Source: Candidatus Undinarchaeota archaeon (GTDB taxonomy: Archaea > Undinarchaeota > CAZWFW01). From it: DNA of 45,845 bases. Made by a program: the position numbers and the translations under genes. The notes under the pieces are model-generated. The model had not been told where the DNA came from. It searched no databases and saw only the letters and a program-made list of their open reading frames with translations. The stretch spans positions 1 through 45,845 of the forward strand of contig CAZWFW010000003.1 of NCBI GenBank assembly GCA_964633445.1. The letters are read 5' to 3'. Shown here piece by piece: positions 36,183-44,923 of the stretch. Position 1 is the first letter of the stretch. Each line of letters starts with the position of its first letter.

Positions 36183-37394
36183 ATGTTAATCAGATTTCTG
36201 AAGGTAATTTTACTTATACTTATTATTACTCAATTGTTTTTGTTAGGAAAAGCAAAAGAGAGTTACGATGATTGGGATGTTGCCGTTAGGTTTGAAATGG
36301 CAAATTTTAACAATTTCTATCCTTTTTCGAAAGTACCGGGTGTAGTCGGTAAAACATATTATGCAAAGTTGGACAAGAGCGATGATCTTTTTGAAGTCAT
36401 ACCTTATTGTTTAACTGGATGTGGCATAGATTGTAGTTGGGCTAAATTATGCGCAAAGCATTGTAATAGAAATACCTGCAGAAATGATAGAATGGCAGCT
36501 TGTCAATGCTTTGATACAAGCAAATGCTATCGCCCTAAAGCATGGTATGTTGAAAGGAAGAAAATTTCCGAAGACAAGTTTGTAATTCTGATAAGAGGTA
36601 TATCCAAGGCAGATTGTGGGCTTGGACAAGGTTATGTTAAAGGAGAGCTGTGGATAAATACGAAAAATGGATGGGGGATAACTCATATCGAGAGATGCAA
36701 TATAAGTAAGGATACCAGGGGAAGGGAATTTTACTGCATAGTAAATAGCAAGACAGGTCGCGTGAAATTTGCTTCGGGTAGTAGCTGCATAGGTTGCTGT
36801 GCATGTGAGGACAGCGCAATGCTTAATATCAATATTACGGTCGAAAGGAATTTACCCGACCTAATTGTTGAGGAGGTTAAGCTTGCAAGTGATCTTTCAA
36901 AAGGTAACGTAACGGAAGTTATAGCTAAGGTTAAATGCAAGAATTGCAAGAATGGGAATATTACTACCAAGATAAGTTTTTATGTTGGAAATCCTAGAAA
37001 AGGTGGTGAAAAATTTTATGAGGATACAATTGAATTAAAAGAAAATTCAACCGTAATTTTGAGGGTAAAACTCAAAGTAACGGGTAATGATAAAGTTTAT
37101 GTTGTTATAGATCCAGACAACAGAATTAGCGAAAGTGATGAGGAGAACAATGAGAAAGGTGTCAGCATAAAAACGTATAACTTATTTAATCAAATCGAGC
37201 TTCTGCTGTACGTGATCAGTGGTATAATATTAATTTACGTAGCAGCATCCTCTATCTATAAGCAAGTAACGTATAAAGCGAAGGATAAAGGAAAGCATAA
37301 GCATATATGCCCAAGATGTGGTATGATACTTATGTCAGAGACAAAAATCTGCCCAGTTTGCGGATACGAATTCAAAAATAATAAGTTTAAGTAA
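36183..37394 (+). CDS. Cys-rich secreted protein with CARDB domain, C-terminal TM helix and cytoplasmic zinc ribbon
   Basis: 403 aa. It has a signal peptide and Cys-dense segments (CLTGCGIDCSWAKLCAKHCNRNTCRN...CQCFDTSKC; SCIGCCACED). The CARDB pattern runs PDLIVEEV...VIDPDNRISESDEENNE. It ends with a TM helix and CPRCGMILMSETKICPVCG. Confidence 0.65.
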   Translation: MLIRFLKVILLILIITQLFLLGKAKESYDDWDVAVRFEMANFNNFYPFSKVPGVVGKTYYAKLDKSDDLFEVIPYCLTGCGIDCSWAKLCAKHCNRNTCRNDRMAACQCFDTSKCYRPKAWYVERKKISEDKFVILIRGISKADCGLGQGYVKGELWINTKNGWGITHIERCNISKDTRGREFYCIVNSKTGRVKFASGSSCIGCCACEDSAMLNINITVERNLPDLIVEEVKLASDLSKGNVTEVIAKVKCKNCKNGNITTKISFYVGNPRKGGEKFYEDTIELKENSTVILRVKLKVTGNDKVYVVIDPDNRISESDEENNEKGVSIKTYNLFNQIELLLYVISGIILIYVAASSIYKQVTYKAKDKGKHKHICPRCGMILMSETKICPVCGYEFKNNKFK

Positions 37395-37417
37395 AAGTTT
37401 TCTGTGAGGCTAAATAT

Positions 37418-39013
37418 TTAATGGTTTTCTAATTTGTTGCCACAAACGGGGCACTCTTTAGTTCCCTTAGGCAGAACCATACCGCATCTTGGGCATTTAA
37501 TAGTTTTCTCCTCTTTAGGAGCTTTGTAGCTCAGAGATTTATAAACTGAGGAAAGCATAAAGGTTAATAGGGTCATAAGAGCAGCCCCTATAGAAATGTA
37601 GATGAAGTACTCCAACTTGCTGGTGGATAATCTTCTGAGAGCAATATTATTTCCCTCGTCAATCTCAGGGATTTCGTCTTTTGGGTCAAGGAGAATGTAT
37701 ATATCTTTGCTTCCCGAAACATTGTAGGTAATTTCAACTCTCCTAGAACTGTTGGCCTCAAGATCCACTACTATCTTTCCTATTAATTTTCCATATTTGG
37801 AGGGATTTCCCTCATAGAATTGTACTAGAACCCCAGATATGTTATCATCTCCCTCATAGTGTATTCTAGCAAAGATCTTTATAATCTCTCCTTTTTTTGG
37901 TGATGTGTTGGAAAAAGAGATGTCCTCGGGCTTTATGAACAGATCTCTTCCCCCAATAATCACGGTTGGTTCTGGCTCTATATATTTGCGAACAAAGATG
38001 TAGTCTAGATCAGCAACAGCACCTGGGCATCTTGAAGCGACTTCTGCTGCTGAAACAAAAAATGCTATTTTATTTAGCGAATAAGTTATTGGTGAAAAAG
38101 CTCTTTCCTTAGATTCGTCAAAATTTATTTTCCATACAGACCCCTTCTTCTTTATCTCTATTCTATGCCAATTTGTATCATGAGCGCCTATGTCATAGAA
38201 TTTCTCACGATCGCTGTTATCAGGCTTGTATGCATATCCCCATCTATCCTCGCCTCTTGCAAATCTAACATATCTGGATCTTTCCTCAGATAAATCGCCA
38301 ACAAAGAGATTATGTGTCCACTTATCTCCCCAAGACCAACAATTTACCTCATCTCTGTATTTAACTACAACACTAAAGTTATTCGAAAATATTTTTCGTG
38401 ATTCTATTCCTTTTTTACACCAACAACAATTTCCAATGCCTTTAATTCTTAACATACCTTTTTCTTCAATAATTTTTGAGTTTTTACAACCTGAACAGCA
38501 ATCGTTGCAATGGTGGCCCCATTCTAAATGACAGCAGCTATACTGGTTACATTCTTTAAGATAGATTTTCCACTTGCTCTTATCAATTACACCATCGTTG
38601 AAATCGTCAAAGAGCTCAAAAACTTTGTCTCCATTACTTTTATCTTTCGCATCTGGGTTTCCGTAATAAAGATAGACGATCCTTTCCTCATTAGCTGGAA
38701 TTTCTGGAACTTTCACCCAAATTACAGCTTTTTTCTTTACAGGATCCCATTCCTCGATCCAATAATTTAATTCCTTCCCAGAATCTATAAACCTTATATC
38801 CGCTCCATTGGGAAGGGCTTTCTCAAATCTAAAATTTTTGGAGTCTAGCTCAACTTTTATTTGGTAGTCCTTCAAAGTATTTCCAGAATTTTCTTTGATT
38901 GTTATTTTAAGTTTGGATTTCCAATGGCGATCCCAGTGATCTCCTTTGGCATTTGCTATACATATTAGGCATATTAGACCTGCGATCAATAAAATTACTG
39001 GTATTCGGACCAT
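37418..39013 (-). CDS. DUF2341 + LamG-like + CARDB surface protein with C-terminal TM helix and cytoplasmic zinc ribbon
   Basis: 531 aa with a signal peptide. The DUF2341 pattern runs WKSKLKITIKENSGNTLKDYQIKVELD...GADIRFID...NYWIEEWD...IWVKVPEIPA...LYYGN. A Cys-dense insert follows (CNQYSCCHLEWGHHCNDCCSGC; NCCWC), then CARDB (DPKDEIPEIDEGNN). It ends with a TM helix and CPRCGMVLPKGTKECPVCG. Confidence 0.7.
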   Translation of the reverse strand: MVRIPVILLIAGLICLICIANAKGDHWDRHWKSKLKITIKENSGNTLKDYQIKVELDSKNFRFEKALPNGADIRFIDSGKELNYWIEEWDPVKKKAVIWVKVPEIPANEERIVYLYYGNPDAKDKSNGDKVFELFDDFNDGVIDKSKWKIYLKECNQYSCCHLEWGHHCNDCCSGCKNSKIIEEKGMLRIKGIGNCCWCKKGIESRKIFSNNFSVVVKYRDEVNCWSWGDKWTHNLFVGDLSEERSRYVRFARGEDRWGYAYKPDNSDREKFYDIGAHDTNWHRIEIKKKGSVWKINFDESKERAFSPITYSLNKIAFFVSAAEVASRCPGAVADLDYIFVRKYIEPEPTVIIGGRDLFIKPEDISFSNTSPKKGEIIKIFARIHYEGDDNISGVLVQFYEGNPSKYGKLIGKIVVDLEANSSRRVEITYNVSGSKDIYILLDPKDEIPEIDEGNNIALRRLSTSKLEYFIYISIGAALMTLLTFMLSSVYKSLSYKAPKEEKTIKCPRCGMVLPKGTKECPVCGNKLENH

Positions 39014-39369
39014 TGGATAATTCTACATATCCTTAAAGCTTTTCGCCTATATAAATCTAGTTATTGACCCACTTCATTATTCTAGCCTTTTTCTTGATTT
39101 TTAGAAAAGAAAGTGATTTAAGATAAGTTTTAAATTCCTACCAAGGAAGTCCGTTGGAACATTATTCTTAGAATTTTGGAAAGTGACAATGTCAGTTTAA
39201 CAAATTTTCATTTAGCTTATAACGATAGCAAACTCATCGAACACAGCACAACCGAATTTATCAGAAACTAGATTTTTTGCAATTATATCATCACATATAT
39301 CAAACATTGTAGGATCAACAGAACTTTTCTAAACATTTATATACTCCTAATTCTTTTAAGGAATGAACA

Positions 39370-40980
39370 ATGAGATACATAGTAACCTCGGCATTACCCT
39401 ATGCTAATGGTCTTTTGCATTTGGGCCATGCAATAGGAGCCTATATCCCAGCCGACATCTACGCAAGATATAGGCGTATGAAGGGCGACAGAGTTATTTT
39501 TATTTGCGGTACTGATGAACATGGAACCCCCATAGCAATTCAAGCGGAGAAGGAGGGAATACCGCCGAAGAAGCTTGTTGATAAGTATCATGAACTCATA
39601 AAGGAAACCTTCAGGAGATTGGGTATAAGTTTTGATATTTTTTCGAGAACAACGAAGAGTCATCATTATGAGCTTAGCCAGAAATTCTTTCTTAAGCTTT
39701 TAGAAAATAACTACATTTATAAAAAAACCGTTAAAAGACCATATTGCGAAAAATGCAGAAGATTCTTACCAGATAGATATGTTATAGGCATATGTCCATA
39801 CTGCAAAGCTAAGGACCAACGTGGTGACCAATGTGAGGTCTGCGGTAAGCAACTGGAACCTAATGAGTTAATTGAGCCAAAATGCATAATTTGTGGAAAC
39901 AAACCTGTTGAGAGGGAAACAACTCATTGGTTTTTTAAACTTTCTGCATTTTCTGCGAAACTTGAGGAATGGTTAAACAAGAACAAACATTGGCCGGAAA
40001 ATGTTAGAAACTTTAGTTTGGGTTGGCTTAGAGAGGGTTTGAGGGACAGATCCATAACAAGAGATCTTGAGTGGGGAGTTCCAGTACCATTGGAGGAGGC
40101 GAAGGGTAAAGTTCTTTACGTTTGGTTCGATGCTCCAATTGGCTATCTATCATTTTTGCAGGAGTTGGTTGGAGAAGAGTGGGAGAAAGTTTGGAATAAC
40201 TCAAGGGTTGTGCACTTTATGGGAAAGGATAACGTACCATTTCATGCTATAATTTGGCCAGCCATGCTTCTTGGATACGGACTCAAGCTACCTTGGTATA
40301 TATCTGCAAACGAGTACTTGATGCTTGAAGGTAGGAAGATGTCCACCAGTAGGGGATGGGTTGTCTGGCTTCATGAAATTCTTGAGAAGTTTGATGCGGA
40401 TCAGGTTAGATTTTACTTGATTAGAATAAATCCTGAGCAAAAAGATGCAAACTTCTCATGGAAGGAGTTTCAGAGCGTTTGCAATACCGAGTTAATAGGG
40501 ATTATTGGGAACTTCATTCACAGAGTTCTTGTATTAGCATATAGAAGTCTAGGGGAGGTTTCCATAGATAAGGATGAAAGGGAGGATTGCAGAAATGTTA
40601 TAGGAAAGGCAGGGGAACTTATTGAGAGTTTTAAATTTAAGGAAGCTCTCAAAGAAATCATAAATTTTGCTACTGAAGGCAACAGATACCTAAATGAGAG
40701 AGAACCTTGGAATATGAGTAGAGAGGATAAGATGTTTAAAGATGTGTTATCAGTCTGCTGTACAAAGGTGGTTGCCATTTCAATACTTTTGGCACCCTTC
40801 CTTCCGTTTTCAGCCCAAAAGTTATGGGAACTTTTAGGTCTGGAGGGTAAGGTTCATGAGCAGGGATGGGACTTTCCGAATATTGAGAAGGTTAACATCG
40901 TAGGCGAGCCCAAACCTTTGTTTAGAAAGATAGATGATATGGAAATCAGTAACGAGCTGGAGAAGCTGAGTGAAAAATAG
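39370..40980 (+). CDS. metG: Methionyl-tRNA synthetase
   Basis: 536 aa with the HIGH-type motif ANGLLHLGHA, zinc knuckles CPYC...CEVCG...CIICG, and KMSTSRG (KMSKS). Confidence 0.93.
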   Translation: MRYIVTSALPYANGLLHLGHAIGAYIPADIYARYRRMKGDRVIFICGTDEHGTPIAIQAEKEGIPPKKLVDKYHELIKETFRRLGISFDIFSRTTKSHHYELSQKFFLKLLENNYIYKKTVKRPYCEKCRRFLPDRYVIGICPYCKAKDQRGDQCEVCGKQLEPNELIEPKCIICGNKPVERETTHWFFKLSAFSAKLEEWLNKNKHWPENVRNFSLGWLREGLRDRSITRDLEWGVPVPLEEAKGKVLYVWFDAPIGYLSFLQELVGEEWEKVWNNSRVVHFMGKDNVPFHAIIWPAMLLGYGLKLPWYISANEYLMLEGRKMSTSRGWVVWLHEILEKFDADQVRFYLIRINPEQKDANFSWKEFQSVCNTELIGIIGNFIHRVLVLAYRSLGEVSIDKDEREDCRNVIGKAGELIESFKFKEALKEIINFATEGNRYLNEREPWNMSREDKMFKDVLSVCCTKVVAISILLAPFLPFSAQKLWELLGLEGKVHEQGWDFPNIEKVNIVGEPKPLFRKIDDMEISNELEKLSEK

Positions 40981-41032
40981 GAAATCCAAATAAATATGAA
41001 GCTTGGCTTTCTAGTTTGAATAAAATATTTAT

Positions 41033-42007
41033 TTAATGCCAAGCCAGTGTTTTTTTTCCTTTTAAGTATTCATATGCTTGCAAAGCAGCCTTTGCCCCTT
41101 CGCCAGCTGCAATAACCAATTGTTTGAACGGCGTGTTCGTAACATCACCAGCCGCGAATACACCTGGTTTAGTTTCATTGCCATTTGGCTTATACGTTCT
41201 GCAAAGATTATCTATCACTATTTGGTTATGCTCATCAAGCTTAACAAAATCCTTAAAAGGTTTATGATCTATAATATAACCAATTTTTATAAAAACACCG
41301 TCAACAGGAATTTCAGATAGATTGCCAGTAAACTCCGCATTATTGTTTTTCATTCTAACCTCCTCGATGATTATCTTTTCAACGTGTTTGCTCCCTTTTA
41401 TCTCTTTAATCACATGATTATAAACTATCTCAATGTTCCCCACCTTAGATACCTTTTCAACGAGACTTAGAAATCCTCTAAAACTATCTCTTCTATGAAT
41501 TAGATAAACCTTTCTTGCATATTTGCTTAGCAGTAAAGCTGCCTCCAGTGCGGAATTCCCTCCTCCAACAACTGCAACAATTTTATCTTTGTACAAAGGT
41601 GCATCACAAACTGCACAGTAACTGACACCCCTTCCCTCAAATTTTTGCTCGCCAGTAACATTAAGCTTTTTAGGAGCTTTTCCCGTTGCGATTATTACGG
41701 TCTTTGCTTTATATGTCGAACTATTAGTTCTTATACAGTAAAAACCGGAGTTATCCTCTATCTTATCAACCTTCTCGAAAACTATTGGTACCTTAAGATA
41801 GAGGAGGTGTTCATAAAGTCTTTTCACAAATTCAGAGCCGGATATGTTCTTTATTGTTGGATAATTATCAATGCAGTCTGTTAAATTAATTTGTCCTCCC
41901 AAATCTCTGGTTAAAACCAAAAAGTTTACCTTAAGCCTACTTGCATATATAGCTGCGGTTGCTCCTGCAATACCGCAACCAACTATTATTAGCTCATATT
42001 TAGTCAT
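41033..42007 (-). CDS. trxB: Thioredoxin reductase (low-Mr TrxB type)
   Basis: 324 aa with FAD site IIVGCGIAGATAA, redox CAVC, NAD(P)H site VVGGGNSALEAA with HRRDSFR, and the C-terminal GDV motif. Confidence 0.88.
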   Translation of the reverse strand: MTKYELIIVGCGIAGATAAIYASRLKVNFLVLTRDLGGQINLTDCIDNYPTIKNISGSEFVKRLYEHLLYLKVPIVFEKVDKIEDNSGFYCIRTNSSTYKAKTVIIATGKAPKKLNVTGEQKFEGRGVSYCAVCDAPLYKDKIVAVVGGGNSALEAALLLSKYARKVYLIHRRDSFRGFLSLVEKVSKVGNIEIVYNHVIKEIKGSKHVEKIIIEEVRMKNNNAEFTGNLSEIPVDGVFIKIGYIIDHKPFKDFVKLDEHNQIVIDNLCRTYKPNGNETKPGVFAAGDVTNTPFKQLVIAAGEGAKAALQAYEYLKGKKTLAWH

Positions 42008-42016
42008 GTTTTCAAC

Positions 42017-43048
42017 CTATCTTTTTGGTTTTTTATTCTTACGTTTTAGCTTCGACAAAAAGCGAAATGGTTTACGCTTATCGTGCTCATCTTCAATCTT
42101 GCCAACAAGTTTCTCGATCAAATCCTCCAACGTAACTAATCCTAGGACTCTCCCTTTCTCTTCTATGATGGCCATATGTATAGCCTTTTTCTGCATTTTT
42201 CTTAGCACATCATCTATTTTTTCCTTTGATGAAACCTTCAGAATATCTCTTTTTATCTCGGAGACCTTAACATCCTTTGGTGCAGCAATTGCGTCCTTAA
42301 CGTGAACCATGCCAACAATATTATTTATGTTACCCTTATATACCGGAAATCTCGAATGTCCTGTTTCTATTGATAAATCAATAACTTTACCAGCGTTTTC
42401 ATTTTCCTCTATACAAATCATCTTTTTCCTTGGAACATATACATCTATTGTCTTAGTTTCGTCAAATACGAAAACCTCCTCAATCAATTCTTTCTCATCC
42501 TTTTTTATGGTACCGTATTTAACCCCTAAATCTAACATAGCCTTTATTTCCTCCTCCGTAACAATCATCTTTGATTTTTCTTTTCCAAGCGCCTTAACTA
42601 TGACATTAGACATTGCAGAGAATGTTTCAGCTACAGGATAAAATATTTTGGTCAAAATGAATAAAGCTTTGGCTATTTTTAAAGCAAATTTTTCATTATA
42701 TATACCAAAGGTTTTTGGGATGGCTTCTCCAAAAACTATAATTAATAGAGTCATTATAGCTGTAGCGATACCAATACCAACGTTTCCAAAAATATTAACA
42801 GCAAGCACGCCTGCTAGGATGGATGCCAAAATGTTAACAACGTTATTGCCTATCAATATGGCGCCAACAACATCTTCTGGTTTTTCTAGTAATTTTTCCA
42901 AAATTCTCGCATTCTTATCACCCTTTCTTGATTTATTCAAAATTCTGGCTTTATTTAAGCTAACAAAAGCCATCTCTGCGCTTGAGAAAAATGCTGATAA
43001 AATAATTAGCAATATTATAGCTAAAACTATTAGCAAAGTATAGGACAT
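42017..43048 (-). CDS. CNNM/DUF21-CBS family transporter (TlyC/CorC-like)
   Basis: 343 aa. A four-TM DUF21 region (SAFFSSAEMAFVSLN) is followed by a CBS pair and a basic tail. Confidence 0.85.
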   Translation of the reverse strand: MSYTLLIVLAIILLIILSAFFSSAEMAFVSLNKARILNKSRKGDKNARILEKLLEKPEDVVGAILIGNNVVNILASILAGVLAVNIFGNVGIGIATAIMTLLIIVFGEAIPKTFGIYNEKFALKIAKALFILTKIFYPVAETFSAMSNVIVKALGKEKSKMIVTEEEIKAMLDLGVKYGTIKKDEKELIEEVFVFDETKTIDVYVPRKKMICIEENENAGKVIDLSIETGHSRFPVYKGNINNIVGMVHVKDAIAAPKDVKVSEIKRDILKVSSKEKIDDVLRKMQKKAIHMAIIEEKGRVLGLVTLEDLIEKLVGKIEDEHDKRKPFRFLSKLKRKNKKPKR

Positions 43049-43068
43049 CCCTCTTGTTAATTTAGCTA

Positions 43069-43539
43069 TTACAGGGTCTTTATAATATTTTCCCCAAGCA
43101 GAACTGATAAAAATACTAAGGAGTTCGAGAGAACTCCTCCCAACATTAGAGCCAATTTCGCTCTAAATTTTTCCATACCCAACAAATGAGCTGCTATACT
43201 TCCCGTCCACACACCTGTAGCTGGCAAAGGAATTGTAACAAACAATGCTAATCCAAAAAATCCCCAGATATCGACGTATCTCTTCACCCTAGCTCTAATT
43301 TTATCTCTGTAGGATTTGTAAAATTTTAAGATTTTGCTTGACTTCAGAAGTGCTTCCGCAAATATTTCTAAATTATTTATTATGCTGGGGAGAACCGCAC
43401 TTAACAAAATTATCCCAAAAGTTGCTAAGATAAAAGTTAACCAAGGGTCTACCCCCATAGCAATGCCTGCCAGAATTGCATATCTACCCTCAAATCCTGG
43501 TAACAAGGAGAGCAATGCAACTATCAGGGGAGATACCAT
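43069..43539 (-). CDS. Small multidrug-export-family membrane protein (COG2426-like)
   Basis: 156 aa, four TM helices, with the N-terminal PGFEGRYAILAGIAMG motif recalled for this family. Confidence 0.55.
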   Translation of the reverse strand: MVSPLIVALLSLLPGFEGRYAILAGIAMGVDPWLTFILATFGIILLSAVLPSIINNLEIFAEALLKSSKILKFYKSYRDKIRARVKRYVDIWGFFGLALFVTIPLPATGVWTGSIAAHLLGMEKFRAKLALMLGGVLSNSLVFLSVLLGENIIKTL

Positions 43540-43663
43540 AAATTTTATAAGTTTTTTAGTTCTACTTAAAATTCTTAGTCTCTACAAATGATAGAAGATT
43601 TGCTGAAATCTGTAAGTTTTCTTAACTAAAATTTTAATGGCTAAATAATGCTATTATTATTTA

Positions 43664-44446
43664 ATGAGAGCTATATGGAAAGGGGCCATTTCGTTTGGGT
43701 TAGTAACTATCCCAATAAAGGTATATCCTGCAATAAAGAAAGAAAAAATTTCATTTACTTCGCTTTGTCCACATTGCAAGCAACCGATTAAGCACAAGAG
43801 ATGGTGTCCCCATTGTAATAAGGAAGTTGGCTATGAGGAATTGCTTAAGGGGTATAAGATTGCCAAAGATAAATACGTAATTTTAACTAAGAAGGATCTT
43901 GAGGGAATAAAACTGAAAACGACAAAATGCATAGAAATTTACGAGTTTGTGGATCTAAATCAAATCGACCCTATATATTTCGAAACTGCTTACTATATTG
44001 TGCCAGATGAACTCGGAATAAAAGCTTATTCTTTGTTTGCTGAAGCGTTAAGACTTTCAAACAAGGCTGCAATAGGCAAAGTCGTTATGAGGAACAAGGA
44101 ATACGTTGTTTTGCTAAGGGCATATAAGAAGGGTATAGCTATGCATATCCTGCATTATCTCGGCGAAGTTAGAAATATTGAGGAACTGGAGGAGATAAAA
44201 GGGTTAGTTACGCTTACTGAGCAAGAAATTAATCTTGCACTAGCTCTAATAGAGAAAATGAGTAGTAAAGAACTTGATTTATCTAGATACAAGGATAGGT
44301 ATACGGAGATGTTGAAGGAACTTATCCAAGCAAAGATAAAGGGCGAAGAGCTTGTAAAAGAAGAGGAAAAAGAGGAAGCTAAAGCTGCGGATCTTATGGA
44401 TGCTTTGAAACAATCCATCCAGATTATTGAAAAAAAGAAAACCTAA
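43664..44446 (+). CDS. ku: Ku protein (bacterial-type NHEJ end-binding protein)
   Basis: 260 aa. The hallmark N-terminus is MRAIWKGAISFGLVTIPIKVYPA, followed by core-domain motifs (YFETAYYIVPD). It has a CxxC-x9-CxxC insertion and an acidic/basic C-terminal tail. Confidence 0.9.
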   Translation: MRAIWKGAISFGLVTIPIKVYPAIKKEKISFTSLCPHCKQPIKHKRWCPHCNKEVGYEELLKGYKIAKDKYVILTKKDLEGIKLKTTKCIEIYEFVDLNQIDPIYFETAYYIVPDELGIKAYSLFAEALRLSNKAAIGKVVMRNKEYVVLLRAYKKGIAMHILHYLGEVRNIEELEEIKGLVTLTEQEINLALALIEKMSSKELDLSRYKDRYTEMLKELIQAKIKGEELVKEEEKEEAKAADLMDALKQSIQIIEKKKT

Positions 44447-44455
44447 GAAGCCGCA

Positions 44456-44923
44456 ATGATAAATAATCACAGAGGGGCGGAATTAACAAGGGGAGAAATT
44501 GTTATAAATCTCTATGAGTCCTTAGAAGCTTATAAAGCTTGGAAATATCTTCCAGTTTTGTGCATGCTAGCTTTTGTGTATATATCTATTTTTATACTAT
44601 CCTTTGCTCGTTTTCGTGTATATTTTCCCAGAATATTCACATTTTCATCAAGCATAATAGTAGCATTTGCTTTTACGCTGCTGATTGGTATTATTGCAAT
44701 GAAACATAAGGAGCGTATAAGTTTTGTTATTTATGAAAAAGGTATCTTGATCCACTTTCCAGAAGGTGTGGAGGAGTTCCACCCTTGGGAGAGTTTTAGT
44801 TATTATAACATATCTAAAGATAAGGTAAGAGTCTATTTCAACCTTAACAACAAATCCTACTTACCTTTACCGAAAGATGTTGAGCCGTTTATAATGCAAA
44901 AAATTCAGAAGTTAACAAAATGA
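44456..44923 (+). CDS. Two-TM membrane protein with small C-terminal soluble domain
   Basis: 155 aa. It starts 9 nt after the Ku stop, and its own stop overlaps the ligase start (ATGA). I recognise no family. Confidence 0.5.
   Translation: MINNHRGAELTRGEIVINLYESLEAYKAWKYLPVLCMLAFVYISIFILSFARFRVYFPRIFTFSSSIIVAFAFTLLIGIIAMKHKERISFVIYEKGILIHFPEGVEEFHPWESFSYYNISKDKVRVYFNLNNKSYLPLPKDVEPFIMQKIQKLTK

Noticed and set aside
41001-41044. The inverted repeat GCTTGGC ... GCCAAGC between the convergent metG and trxB genes, considered as a terminator hairpin.
   Set aside because: The stem is only 7 bp with a ~30-nt AT-rich loop, and one arm lies inside the trxB coding end. Archaeal termination relies mainly on oligo-T tracts. 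This is probably coincidental.
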